A DNA stretch of 63,957 bases, the filler included, from Chiloscyllium plagiosum (lineage: Eukaryota): the NCBI RefSeq assembly GCF_004010195.1. It is 4 parts of one record of this genome, joined end to end, with 100 filler letters (N's around TTAATTAATTAA, not from the genome) between each part and the next. Parts side by side here need not be neighbours in the genome. Positions count along the whole stretch, not along the records: positions 1 to 30,406 come from NC_057716.1; positions 30,507 to 48,449 come from NC_057716.1; 2 more parts are not named here. The stretch is one strand, 5' to 3'. Below the pieces are notes generated by a model, which did not search any database, was not told the DNA's origin, and worked only from the letters and a program-made list of their open reading frames with translations. This document shows, piece by piece, positions 26,148 to 38,874 of this stretch. The position numbers and the translations under genes were made by a program. Every line of letters begins with the position of its first letter. The stretch's first letter is position 1.

Positions 26148-27025
26148 CCGAGCTGGAAGTTTTTGTTGCAAACGTTCGTCCCCTGTCTAGGTGACATCCT
26201 CAGTGCTTGGGAGCCTCCTGTGAAGCGCTTCTGTGGTGTTTCCTACGGCATTTATAGTGGCTTGTCCCTGCCGCTTCCGGTTGTCAGTTTCAGCTGTCCG
26301 CTGTAGTGGCCGGTATATTGGGTCCAGGTCGATGTGTTTGTTGATGGAGTTTGTGGATGAGTGCCATGCTTCTAGGAATTCCCTGGCTGTTCTTTGTTTG
26401 GCTTGCCCTATAATGGTAGTGTTTTTTTTTATTAGATTAGATTAGATTGATTAGATTGTTTACAGTATGGAAACAGGCCCTTCGGCCCAACAAGTCCACA
26501 CCGTCCCGCCGAAGCGCAACCCACCCAGACCCATTCCCCTACATTTACGCCTTACCTAACACTACGGGCAATTTAGCATGGCCAATTGACCTGACCTGCA
26601 CATCTTTTTGGACTGTGGGAGGAAACCGGAGCACCCGGAGGAAACCCACGCAGACACGGGGAGAACGTGCAAACTCCACACAGTCGGTCGCCTGAGGCGG
26701 GAATTGAACCCGGGTCTCTGGCGCTGTGAGGCAGCAGTGCTAACCACTGTGCCACCGTGCCGCCGTGTTGTCCCAGTCAAATTCATGTTGCTTGTCGTCT
26801 ACGTGTGTGGCTAATGTAGTGTACAAAATCCCATGCAAGGACTGCACAAAACACTATATAGGACAAACAGGAAGACAGCTAACGATCCGCATCCATGAAC
26901 ATCAACTAGCCACGAAATGACACGACCAGCTATCCTTAGTAGCCACACACGCAGACGATAAGCAACATGAATTTGACTGGGACAACACTACCATTATAGG
27001 GCAAGCCAAACAAAGAACAGCCAGG
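26148..27025. mobile_element. Penelope-like element with GIY-YIG domain and an inverted partial duplication
   Basis: Plus strand 26813-27025: NVVYKIPCKDCTKHYIGQTGRQLTIRIHEH...FDWDNTTIIGQAKQRTAR. Minus strand 26148-26812 carries the overlapping C-terminus (EFLEAWHS...SINKHIDLDPIY) and the terminal repeat. Confidence 0.92.
26424..26764 (-). mobile_element. Young full-length HE1 SINE inserted in the Penelope element
   Basis: Near-consensus copy with TSD gtgtt (26419-26423 and 26765-26769). Confidence 0.95.
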
Positions 27026-27300
27026 TGGTACCGATTGGTCCTGCTCTTCAGCTTCCAACCTAACTGTCTGTAGTCACTTTTCAGATCCTCAATCCCTTTC
27101 CTGGCTATATCATTGGTGCCAAAATGTACCATGATTTCTGGCTGCTCCCCCTCCCACTTCAGAATCTTGTAAACCCAATTGGGAACATCTCAGACCCTGG
27201 CACCAGGGAGGCAACATACCTTCCGGGAGTACCATTCCTGATTACAAAATCTCCTGTCAATCCGTCTAACTATTGAGTCCCCTACCACTAGCGCTAGATA
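27026..27300 (-). mobile_element. CR1 ORF1 SGNH-esterase fragment
   Basis: VHFGTNDI...LGWKLKSRT motif. Confidence 0.8.
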
Positions 27301-27329
27301 TCACCCACTTAAAAACCTTTCCAGAAGTC

Positions 27330-28710
27330 CTTCACTCCTCCCTCACACCTCTCAGCAAATGGAATCTTCTGCATCCCTCTCTTCTTAAACAGGGGTATTA
27401 CCTTAGCCATTTTCCATTCTCCTGACACCCTCCCTGACTCCAGTGATTCCTGAAACATCACCACCAATGCCTCTACAATCTCTTCAACTGTCTCCTTCAG
27501 AACTCTGGGGCGCAGTTCATTTGGTCCAAATGATTTATCCACCTTTAGACCTTGCAGCTTCCTCAGCATCAGCTCCTTAGTGATGGCCCTGACATTCACT
27601 TCTGCCCCTGACTCTCTTGAAGTTCTAGTTTTTTGCTGGTCTCTTCCACACAAACAGCTGGAATTGAACCCAGATCCTTGGCATAATGAGGCAGCAGTGG
27701 TAACTACTGAATCACTTACCACCCCAAATTCAGTTGACTCTGGTCAGCTCCTCCCTCATGTATTTGTAGTTACCCTCACTCAGTTGTAATACAGTTATAT
27801 CTGATTCAATCTTCTCCGTCTCAAGCTGCAGGATGAATCCTATCATATTATGGTCGCTGCCACCTTAGAGTTCCTTTACTTTCAGCTCCCAAATGAAGAC
27901 TGCTTAATTTAACATCACAAAATCCAGAACTGCTTGCTTCCTAATGGGCTTAAACTTCTCCAAAAAATCATCATGTAGACATTTCACAATTTCCTTTCCT
28001 TGAGATCTGCAACCAATCTAATTTTCCCAGTCCACCTACAGATTATCGTAATACTGTCTTACTTACATGTCTTTCCTCTCTCACGAGTTATTTTCTTCCT
28101 CTCATTCTGACTACTGCTCAGAGGCCTGTGCATAATTCCCATTAGGGTCTTTTTTCCTTTGTGATTCCTCAACTCTACCCACACAAATTCTATACCTTCC
28201 AATTCTATATTACTTCTTGCTTTCTATTTAGTTTCATTTCTTACAAACAAGGCAACCCCACTCGCTCTGTCCACCTGCCTGTCCTTTTGATAGGATATGT
28301 ATCTGTGATATTTTGTCACCAGCCCTGATTCCCAGAGCCATGTCCCTGTGCTCATGACATGATACCCACCAATTTCAATCTGTGTTACAAGCTCACTTAT
28401 CTTGTTTCATATCCTGCATGCATTTAAATACAACACCATTCAGTCCTGCATTGACTGCCCCCCCTTCTCATAGTTCTCCCCTTATCTACTGTGCCTGCTG
28501 TTGATTGCTGACCCTTTCCATACTCACTGTCCTATTACTTGTTCTGGAAACATTAAACACTGCTGAGCTCTTCCACCTCTTTAACTCTTGTCATAATTTT
28601 CAATGCAACCTCCAACTATTTAGTTTAAAGCCCTGTTCAGAGCCCCAGTGATGCAATGGACTCTGGTTCCCAGCATGATTCAGTTGGAGCCCATCCCTTT
28701 GGAACTACTC
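27330..28710 (-). mobile_element. CR1 LINE 5' and central part (ORF1 end, endonuclease, tether)
   Basis: LKVDKSFGPNELRPRVLKE and WKMAKVIPLFKK motifs. Confidence 0.8.
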
Positions 28711-28765
28711 CTCCCTGAGTGAAATCATTGATCCTGTCCAAATGCATTAGAGAGCCACTGTACAT

Positions 28766-29055
28766 GGGTAGCATGGTGGCACAGTGGTTAGCACTGCTGC
28801 CTCACAGCTCCAGAGACCTGGGTTCAATTCCCACTTCAGGCAACTATCTGTGTGGAGTTTACACCTTCTCCCTGGGTCTGCCCGGGTTTCCTCCCACAGT
28901 CCAAAAATGTGTAGGTTAGGTGAATTGGCCATGTTAAATTGCCTATAGTGTCAGGTGAATGGGTAACCGTAGGGGTTTGGATGGGTTGTTCTTCAGACGG
29001 TCGGTGTGGACTTGTTGGGCTGAATGGCCTGTTTCCAAACTGTAAGTAAGCTAAA
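28766..29055 (+). mobile_element. HE1-type SINE
   Basis: A and B boxes, V domain and tail. Confidence 0.92.
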
Positions 29056-30237
29056 TTTTGGGGTAATGAGAAGGAATTATTTGTTTTTCATTCTATTTTT
29101 GAGAGTTGGTTTTGCTGTGCATGATGACATTTGAGTCATTTACATTGCCAGAATCATCTTTACTTTCATTGCTCTAAGATCTTCTTTAAAACTCAGTTCT
29201 TGAGCAGTACATGTGGAGTCCCTTGCTAAATCCTGCACCTTTGGTTCAGTATCTATTTCTTTCGACACTTCTGTGAAGTGTATTGAGATGTTTCCTGGAG
29301 TTACAGTGTTCTATAAATACAAATTATTATTGTAGCTGCTTTGCACGGTATAGCTAAAGATTGATATTACAGGCTACTGACCCCCAATGAGATGGTAACT
29401 TAATCCATTTGAATCAATGTCATTAGCTGTCATTGAATTAATTCTGGGGGAGGAGTGGGGGTTGGATTGTGAGTGTTCCTGCTTTAGAACCTCTGATCAA
29501 TTTCCTCATTTATTCTTCATTTTATGATTTTATTTCCTCTTTTGTGTCTCACTACAGTCATTTAGATATTTGCCCGGTGCTATCTTTCATTCTCAGTGTT
29601 ATACGTGCTTTCATTCCTATTTGGAGATTTTGCCCAAAGGTAAACACAAGCCAGAGGTAGAATATCAAAAAGCTCACGTGCTATACCGACACTTTTGGTT
29701 TTGAATCTACTTAAGTAATTAATACAAAGCTATGTGGCATGATCATCTCCTGACAAAAAGGGTTACTCATGATTTATTTAAAACAGATTGAAAAGTGATT
29801 TTATTGTGCTAATGAAGTTATAAACATGAATTAATGCTGGGAGCTGAACACTGGAGAATTTATCACAGTTTAAACTTCAGTTATTTAGTGCCCCAAATTT
29901 CCCTCAACAAATCTTCAAAGGCAATAGCAACACAATGAAATTGAATAAAATAATGATTCTTTTCAAGATGAATTTACTCGTGAATGATACTGAACCTTCT
30001 GTTTATTAAGTGTTTAATTGTGAATAAATACAATAATAAAATAATATTCCGACAAAGCAGTTGAAACAGTTACATGGTCCTACGATCTTTATTATGCTGC
30101 CCAAATAAAAGTAGTTTAGGAAGGTAATAGCCCTTTCAATATCCAGGGGTTGGAGTTGTTGACACAGAGGTGAATTGCTGCTCAGTACCAAAATTCCTTT
30201 AACCATCCACCTCATCCAATGGACTTAGAGTCATACA

Positions 30238-30865
30238 GATGTTGTTGTAATCTGAGGTAACCCTCTTCACTGTCCACTACACATCCAATTTTGGTGTCAT
30301 CTGCAAACTTACTAACTGTACCTCTTATGCTCGCATCCAAATCATTTATGTAAATGACAAAAAGTAGAGGACCCAGCACCGATCCTTGTGGCACTCCACT
30401 GGTCACNNNNNNNNNNNNNNNNNNNNNNNNNNNNNNNNNNNNNNNNNNNNTTAATTAATTAANNNNNNNNNNNNNNNNNNNNNNNNNNNNNNNNNNNNNN
30501 NNNNNNCCCCCCACCTTACTAGTTTAAATCCTCCCAAGCAGTTCTAGCAAATTTCCCTGCCAGTATATTAGTCCCCTTCCAATTTAGGTGCAATCCATCC
30601 TTCTTGTACAGGTCACTTCTACCCCAAAAGAGATTCCAATGATAATAAAATGTGAATCCTTCTCCCATACACTAGCTCCTCAGCCATGCATTCATCTCTC
30701 TATCCTCTTATTCCTGCCCTCACTAGCTCGTAGCACTGGGAGTAATCCAGATATTACTACCCTTGAGGACCTCCTTTTTAAATTTCTGCCAAACTCTCTG
30801 TAATCTCTCTTCAGAATCTCAACCTTTTCCCTTCCTATATCATTGATTCCAATGTGGACAATGAC
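30238..30865 (-). mobile_element. CR1 LINE spanning an assembly gap (RT on the left, ORF1 on the right)
   Basis: [11 protein letters not shown] and FADDTK left of the gap; ORF1 esterase end GTNILAGKF right of it. Confidence 0.85.
30407..30506. other. Assembly gap with artificial spacer
   Basis: 44 N, TTAATTAATTAA, 44 N. Confidence 0.95.
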
Positions 30866-30999
30866 AAGGTAGTGACTAATTAAGGAGAGTCAACATGGCT
30901 TTGTGCGTGGAAATCATGTCTCACAAACTGGATTGAGTTTTTTGAAGAAGTAACAAAGAGGATTGATGAGGGCAGAGCAATGGACGTGATCTATATGGA

Positions 31000-31120
31000 G
31001 GTGAAAGTGAGGACTGCAGTTGCTGGAGATCAGAGTCAAGATTAGAGTGATGCTGGAAAAGCACAGCAGTCAGGCAGCATCCGAGGAGCAGGAAAATAGA
31101 AGTTTTGGGCAGAAGCCCTG
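31000..31120 (-). mobile_element. PLE-derived short element (half copy)
   Basis: aaagtgaggactgcag...aaagcacagcag...caggcagcatccgaggagcagg, shared with the 18722 element. Confidence 0.8.
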
Positions 31121-31179
31121 GGACTGCAGATTGGCGTTCGACAAGGTTCCCTATGGGAAACTGGTTAGCAAGGTTAGAT

Positions 31180-31314
31180 GGAGAAAGTGAGGTCTGCAGA
31201 TGCTGGAGATCAGAGCTGAAAATGTGTTCAGGAAGAAGGGCTTATGCCCGAAACGTCGATTCTCCTGTTCCCTGGATGCTGCCTGACCTGCTGCACTTTT
31301 CCAGCAACACATTT
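31180..31314. mobile_element. PLE-derived short element with hammerhead-type segment
   Basis: 15-bp TSD ttagcaaggttagat (31165-31179 and 31315-31329); gaagaagggcttatgcccgaaacgtc. Confidence 0.85.
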
Positions 31315-33581
31315 TTAGCAAGGTTAGATTTCAGGGAAAACTAACCACTTGGATACAGAACTGGCTCAAAGGTCAAAGACAAAAGGATGTTGGTGGAGGA
31401 TTGCTTCTCAGACTGGAGGCCTATGACCAATGATGTGCTACAAGAATCAGTGCTGGGTCCACTACTTTTCATCATTTATATAAATTGATTTTGATGTGAA
31501 CATCGAAGGTATAGTTAGTAATTTTGCAGATGACACCAAAATTTGATGCGTAGTGGACAGTAAAGAAGATTACCTCAGATTACAACAGGATCTTGATCAG
31601 ATGGGCCAACGGGCTGAGAGGTGGCAGATGGAGTTTAATTGAGATAAAAGCCAGGTGATGCATTTTGGAAAAGCAAATCAGATACTTATACACTTAATTG
31701 TAAGGTCCTGGGGAATGTTGATGAATAAAGCTCTTGGAGTGCTGGTTCATAGTTCCTTGAAAGTGGAGTCGCAGGCAGATAGGATAGTGAAGAAGGTGTT
31801 TGGTATGCTTTCCTTTACTGGTCAGAGTATTGAGGATAGGAGTTGGGAGGTCATGTTGCAGCTGTACAGGACATTCGTTAGGCCACTTTTTGAATACTGC
31901 ATGCAATTCTGGTCTCCTTGCTATCAGAAAGATGTTGTGAAACATGAAAGGGTTCAGAAAAGATTTACAAGGATGTTGTCAGGGTTGGGGGATGTGAGCA
32001 ATAGGGAGAGGCTGAACAGGCTGGGGCTCTTTTCCCTGGAATGTCAGAGGCAGAGGGGTGACCTTATAGAGGTTTATCAAATCATGAGGGGCATGGATAG
32101 GTTAAATAGACAAAAGGTCTTTTCCCCAGGGTCGGGGAGTCCAGAACTAGAGGGCATACGTTTCGGGTGAGAGGGGAAAGATATAAAAGTGACCTAAGAG
32201 GCAGCTTTTTCACCAGGGGAGTGGTGTGTGAATGAAATGAACTGCCAGAAGAAGTGGTGGAGGCTGGTACAATTACAGCAATTAAAAGGTAGGTATAATG
32301 AATAGGAAGTGTTTAGAGGGATATGGGCCAAGTGCGAGCAAATGGGACTAAATTAGGTTAGATATCTGTCATGGATGAGTTGGACCACAGGGTCTGTTTC
32401 CATGATGTATATCTCTATGACTCTATGACTTCACAGCTAAACAAATATCCGAGGCACTGTTATTCAATTCGCAGAAGGTGAAATTGGAAAAAGCCCTTGG
32501 GGATTTTGATTGACTTGATGCTCAATAAATTTGTGGAACAGCAAAACAAATCATCACTAAAAACCTCAATGATAAAACAAATTAATAAATTCCATTCATT
32601 AGAAAATATATTGTGTTTTAATCATGGAGACAGAGATACTAACTGAATATAATTTATCAAAATGGACGCAGGAAACACCTGGCTAGTTCTAAAACAACCT
32701 TGAAAAATAAATGGTTGCATGGCTTTTGATTTGTGTATAGTAAAGCTATTTATTGCACAAACGGCGTGGCACTATTATCAAATATTTCAGCTTTTACAAG
32801 CAATAACTTCAATTTTTCATGACTAATATAATATCGTGTTTAGATAATCTCAAATGAACATTGAACAAACAGCTGTTTTTGTTCAGCAATGTCAACCAGC
32901 AAAGCATATTAGCAATGTTGAAACAAAACGGTTTTGTTTCACACAGGGGTGGAAATCACTGATTATAATCGTGGGTCATGCTGGAGCCTGTATTTATGCA
33001 CCAACTTTTACATTCCAATTGGATGGCTCTATTTGGCACACATCAGGCTCTACTCAGTTTGGACTTTTTTTTTGAGCTTTGCTGGACTTTAATCCCAGAT
33101 CCAGAGGGAATGATTTTTTCTGGTTCGTTTCTGTTACACCCAAATTTTTTTCCATTTGAAGAACAATTTAGCATTAACTACTAATAGAATCCCATGTCAA
33201 ATTTTTAAAAACTTTAAAAATCAACCCAGAATCTGAATTGTTTATTTATTAATTCCTTGAGAATTTGAAACTTCATAAAAAGGAAACCTAGAGATTTCTG
33301 ACAAAGAATTAGTCATGAAATCCTCTCACCTCTAGGACTTTCATTACCAAAATACTCATCCGTTTTATCTGAAGGATTGTACTTTTCCATGCAATGTGAG
33401 AGTGCTAAGAGCAGTAATAAGTTAAACAAGACCCATACCACAATCTGGATTGTATTGATAAGAGACAAGTACCACTCAGGTACTCAGGTGTCAGGTCATC
33501 TTCATCTAGCTTTCCTTAGCATTCAGCACAACGATAAATTCCCCACCATCAACATCCTGGGGTTTTCCTTTGATTCGTCCT

Positions 33582-33665
33582 TACTGGTCTTGTCATGTAA
33601 ATAAACCCTGTCTCATTTTCCACTACTGGTCTTGTCATGTAAATAAACCCTGTCTCATTTTCCAC
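33582..33665. repeat. Perfect 42-bp tandem duplication
   Basis: tactggtcttgtcatgtaaataaaccctgtctcattttccac occurs twice in tandem. Confidence 0.95.
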
Positions 33666-36226
33666 TTGCTCATCCACAACCATGCAGAACTCATGAAAAA
33701 AAAACTATGAAGTGCATATCAGTGCGCAGTGGTCCGAGATCTGAGTCTACAGAGGAATTGCCAGTCACTTAATGAAGGAGGCCATATGTGCAGACAGAAG
33801 GGAAAAAAAAACAGCACTTGTGACCTGACTAGACTCCTCCATTACAAGAGCTAATGGAACACAGCCTCTGGAATTTCCATCAGATTTTCATGCACCTGAT
33901 GCTGTCCATCCAACACGAGCCACCTTACTGATGGCTCCCAAATGCAGATATTCAGCCTGGGTTTGGTGATGGGGGAGGGGGTGGGGAGCTGGTCAGTCGG
34001 CATAGGATTGCTTTCTCTCAGCCTTCTGTATGACAGTAACCTCTATTGCCGATGACAGATACTCATGCATATATGCGATGTTCTCACCAACTTGTGACCC
34101 CAAATTGAAGTGTGAATTGATACCCACTGTGCAGGAGTATTTGCACTAATGGAGGATGCCAGCAATAATGTGACACTGTATCCTTTGATATCCATATTGC
34201 TTCACAAGTTTACAATCGCCCCCTCAAAGTCAGCAGTTCTCCAATTTTGTCGCTGACCTGAGAGAGAGAGAGAATGGAAAGAAAGTACAAAGCGCTTTAG
34301 ACCTTCAAAGACAAATGTTCTGAATCACACAATGTTCAGGTCAATTTATGTACCTCAAGGGAGATAGCAGCACAATCCCCAGTGTTCAACAAGGCTCTCT
34401 TTGTGCTTTTTTTTCCCCACACAAGGCTACTCCCCTTCTTTTACCCAATCACTTGCCTCATCATCCACAATGGAATAGCTGTTCTGCCAATTCCAAAGCC
34501 TCATCTCCCACGAGTGAGAAAATGGCATCAAATGGCACTTAAAGTTGTTCTGTGTCATTTCTCTGGCAATCTGGACATTGAGCACATTCAGATAGGGGGC
34601 ACAGATGGCGATGGGATAGGCAGGGGGCTTGGTGATTACTTAAATGCACCAATCTGCAGTGACTTTGCAAAGGTCAGGATTGACAGACAAGCGCCCAGGG
34701 ACAGAAATCCTCTTACAGAAGCTACTGCAGACTAACAATATTGTGACTGATCAGATAGCCTTTTCCTCCCCAGCAACCCCACATCCTTGTATGTTGCCAT
34801 TTCTAATCTTGAACAGTTTACAGATGAGGTACTCCCCTTGGCAGAACAAGTGTTATTCACATGCTTGGGGCACCACAGCCAGGTGAAAGAGGGAGCCTTG
34901 TGATAATTGCTTCTAACTTGCATCCAAGTTTATTTGGTTAAGCAGCAGTCTCTGCCTTCTATACCCGAGGAAGAAGTCTTCTCACCTTTTCCAAAGATCT
35001 TTGTGGACAGCCTGCAGGGAATTATCACTGAAATGTGGGGTGAACGGGGATATTTCCTCTGCCAAGTGAGGAAGGGCCTCTTTCTTCCAGACTTCAAACC
35101 TCCAGGTGTGATCATAAATATACCTCCTCATGCTGGAAGAGAGAGCTGAATGCAGCTCCACTGTAAGATTCAGGCAGCAACTTGATTCAACTCTTTATGA
35201 CATGGCACCAGTCATCTCCATTGGCCTTAACCAACACCACAGCCACTATCCCCACCTTCATGAGGCTGTAGGGGGAAAATTGAGTTGCAACTACCAACAG
35301 TGGCCTTTTTCCTGTTCCAGCTGTGGGACATCAGGCCGACCCAGAAAAATTCAGCCACAGCACCACTCTAGCCCAGTAGGCCACTATCTGGCCCATTAAG
35401 TCCATGTCAGCTCTCTGTACAGCAGTCAGTCAGTCCCAACAGCCCACTCTATTTTTGAAGCCCTGAAACTTGAGCAAGTGCCCATAAATCAGTCACCATT
35501 TCAGTTTCCAACTGTGGACAATGAGTTCCAAGTGATTACCACATTCTTCCTCACATCTCACATCTTACCTAATGACGTGTTTCTGTTTATCTTAGAACTA
35601 TCTATCTGCCAATGGGAAGGGTTTTTTTTGTCTACATTATCTAAACCAGTCATAATTTGTACAGCTCTATTAACTCTCTCCATTCCCTAATGCTTGAAAG
35701 TTACATTTAAAAATTTAACCTCATTTCTTTCCCACGATGAAAATGTTAATTATTTAAATTCCAGAGCAGTGGAAAGTCAACATAGGTGGTCTAGGAGCCA
35801 ACAGTTTTAAAACTTGGAAACAAGCCACCCAGAAATCAAAACTGTGCAAGTCAAACGTTAAAAATGTTTACACAAACATCAGATATACAGGAAAAGCAGA
35901 GTTGCTTAAAAATGCAAATAGACAATTAGAAATAAAATGTATTTAAAGTTGGAGATAAATGGATAAAAAAGGATGAACAAAAACAAAAGTTGGGTATGCT
36001 TATTATTATTAAAGCAAAATTACTGTTAACACACCTAAATTTGCTTTTACTGTAACATTTATTTCAGTCGAAATGTGCATGAACTTAAGTTCAACATAAG
36101 GGTAATCTAATACACTCTGAATTTTCTTGTAGCTACTGGCACAATATTCCTAAGATGTGACTAATAAAAAATAATCATGGATTGTTTTCTTTTTAAGCTG
36201 CCATTCGTTCAACAATGTCATTTTAC

Positions 36227-36364
36227 CTTAGAAGTTCCTTTTGTAGAAAAGTATAACCCAGATCTTCTCAAAACAAAGTAACATTTCTTCCATGTCTTTT
36301 TTCCTTGTTCTCTGGCATGAAGGTAACCATGAACCTCAGGGTACGTGCTTGAATTCAAGAAATT
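36227..36364 (-). CDS. GRB14: GRB14-like coding exon (N-terminal half of PH domain)
   Basis: 138-bp exon with TAG acceptor and AAG|GTAAAA donor. [46 protein letters not shown]; STYPExHG and LYFSTKG favour GRB14 over GRB7 or GRB10. Confidence 0.96.
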
Positions 36365-36494
36365 CTAAAAACAAAATTTCAAACTTGGCATTGAAGGTTG
36401 AGAAAAAGAAAAATTATGACAAGGAAATAAGTAAAGCAACATTAATGTAGACGTCGTGAAATTGACTAATCTGTGTTTGGTCTACTTCCAGTTC

Positions 36495-36867
36495 TGAAAA
36501 AGCAGGTGAGCCCCAGGAAGACGGAGGAAACGCTTCAATGATACCCTCAAGGCCTCACTGACGACACCAGGAAATCACTGGCCCAAGACTGTCCAAAGTG
36601 GAGGAGCAGCTTCCGGGAAGGCATGGAGCACCTCAAGAGTTGTCATTGGGAAAAAGCAGAAGCCAGGTGAAAACAGTGAAAGGAGCATGCTGCCACACCA
36701 ACGCTCCACTCACCCTTTCCCATGATCACCTTCTGCCCCAAGTGTAACACAGCCTAAGCAAGCTGCATGGGTCTGTACAGCCATCTATGGACTCACCCGG
36801 AGAATGGAAGAGAGTCATCCTGGTCTGCAAGGGACCACCAATAATGATGAGGATGATGATGATGATG
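36495..36867 (+). mobile_element. RTE-clade LINE 3' end
   Basis: RKRFNDTLKASL, SLAQDCPKWRSS, C2H2-like CPKC...GLYSHLWTH and a (gat)n tail. Confidence 0.82.
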
Positions 36868-38201
36868 TTAGGGCCTGGACAGAACGTTGCTTGGAGTTAC
36901 CAAATCATAGCCTCTAAAACACTTTTATATGGCTTCACCTGGGCATTGGTTTATGGATGCTCCAAAACAATTCACTGGCCCTCAAAATTTACTTTCACTT
37001 TCATATTTGTCCAACTCTGTTCTCTGTTTACAATCAAGACATCCCTAATTCTTTGTCATGACTTTGCCACTAGAAATCTTTCTGCTCATTTGCATCAAGG
37101 TTTTGACTTCCATATCAATCCCAAGCCTGTTATATCCACATTTTTCCCCCGCCGGTTATTTCTCTCCTTTATACAAGCTCACTACCATGTTCTCAGCCAT
37201 ACCAGCCATATTCTCAACTTCGTCTTTTACTCATATGACCTTATTCACGTGAAGTCATCTCCAACTATTTTCCTGTATATCCATCTAATCACAGGCCTCT
37301 ACCATCTTACAAACTCACTTTTCTATGCTTTCATGCCAATTTCAACCACCAAGGTGCCAATCATTTTTTGGCACTCCCTCAATTTTTTGCAGTATCTCCT
37401 ATCCCTCTAATATGGGTTCCACCTTCACTCCCTCAATTCAAAGATCACAAATTTGTGAGCCTGATGCATAGCTCATTTTAGCCATTCATCACCATACCTA
37501 CTGGACCACAAGTCACTGGTTTCATTTTGCTTCACAATACAGCCTATTACTCTGTGGTCATCCTGGACAGCAAAAATAACTTTTGTGCTTTTTTTTCCTC
37601 TCCCCAAGTATTTCCTTAAAGCTTCATCAGTAAGTGTTAGGGGATCAAATTCCATTGTTATCAAGATTAAATCAGGAACAGTACAGGTTGGCACACCACA
37701 GAGATAAGATGTAACCAGCCTGTCAGCCTTTTTTCCAATGCTATTGGCTATTTTAAGAGACATACAGAAATGCAACTCCTCTCCAAGGATTAAAGATTAG
37801 ACAGCAAAATCCACAAGATAAACATTTTTACTTTGTTAGAATAGTGATCATCACTGAAACGCTGACACTTTGAACACCACAGTACCATAAAATGGCCATT
37901 GTGATTGTTGTATGAAGTTGGGAGTGCAATAGTTGCAATTTCCAAGCAACTGACTGCCCTTTTAATCAAAAATAATATTTCAGACATAAGGTTGGCTTAC
38001 AGTTACATTATTTGATAAAGGCTAATGACCTGAATCTGCAAGTATAAGCAGGTTCACATTCATTCAGACAGAATTTACTTTTGTTCTGACTTCCTGGTGT
38101 CCAGTAATTGGCACTATCAAGCTATGGAGAACATGAACATATATTTTAAAAATATAAACATATATAGTTTCAATCCCCTAACTTTAGATAAATTTTCGCA
38201 C

Positions 38202-38276
38202 CTGTATTAACTGAGAATGACTTAAGCTTCCATTTGACTCACTGCAGCTGGTCACCATGTGCTCTGGAAAATACTG
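38202..38276 (-). CDS. GRB14: GRB14-like coding exon (RA-PH linker); 75 or 72 bp depending on acceptor choice
   Basis: (Q)YFPEHMVTSCSESNGSLSHSQLIQ, CAG|GTGCGA donor, T-rich tract followed by GAGCAG. Matches GRB14 YFFPEHMVSFATETNGEISPTQILQ. Confidence 0.92.
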
Positions 38277-38874
38277 CTCAAAAAAGAAATTAAAACGTCA
38301 TAGCATATTTAGCAGGGTGAAGACAGAATACAATACAAGTATTATATATTATTGTTAAATTCTGTTAAACATTACAACACCTGCAGTAAAAGAAAACACT
38401 GAACTGTACTTTTTCACAAAGTTCAGTACCTTTAACTTCAAAACTTTTTTTCCCCAAAGTCTGATGCTATAAGAAATTTTCACTGATGATACAAAGAAGT
38501 TTTAAAAGTGGTGCATCAGCAAGACTTTCATTATCACTTCCTATACTATGACCATGGTGAGATTTCCTGATGGCAACAATGGTAAGTAAAAATTCAGGCA
38601 AATGTGATGGTTATCTGTGGCAAGTTCTGAAGGAGGGAAAGAAAAATAAGGTTGAGTTTGGAGCATAGTATTATAGACCTCTCTACCCAATTGCACTGTA
38701 ATTTGTAGTCCATTTTGGGCATTCCTTAGGGCCCACTGGAAAAGGAAAATCTATGCTACAGGTGTTTCCTTCTTGCCTTCAAGTGACATAACCTCTTTTG
38801 GCAGTTCTGTCATGGAAGACTCAAACTAAAATGTTGGGTTTTGGTGGGTTGAAAAACTGTGAAATCTAGGCTCA

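Larger units (their letters stand above)
30870..32430 (+). mobile_element. CR1 LINE RT to 3' end, with two PLE-derived inserts
   Basis: SCLTN.IEFFEEVTK, FADDTK, VRPLFEYC and tail ctctatgactctatgac. Confidence 0.93.

Noticed and set aside
30451..30462. TTAATTAATTAA as a regulatory motif
   Set aside because: Embedded symmetrically in N runs three times; an assembly spacer.
36787..37410. 207-aa hydrophobic ORF
   Set aside because: Starts in the RTE tail ((GAT)n gives poly-Met), runs through decayed sequence antisense within an intron, and has no recognisable domain.
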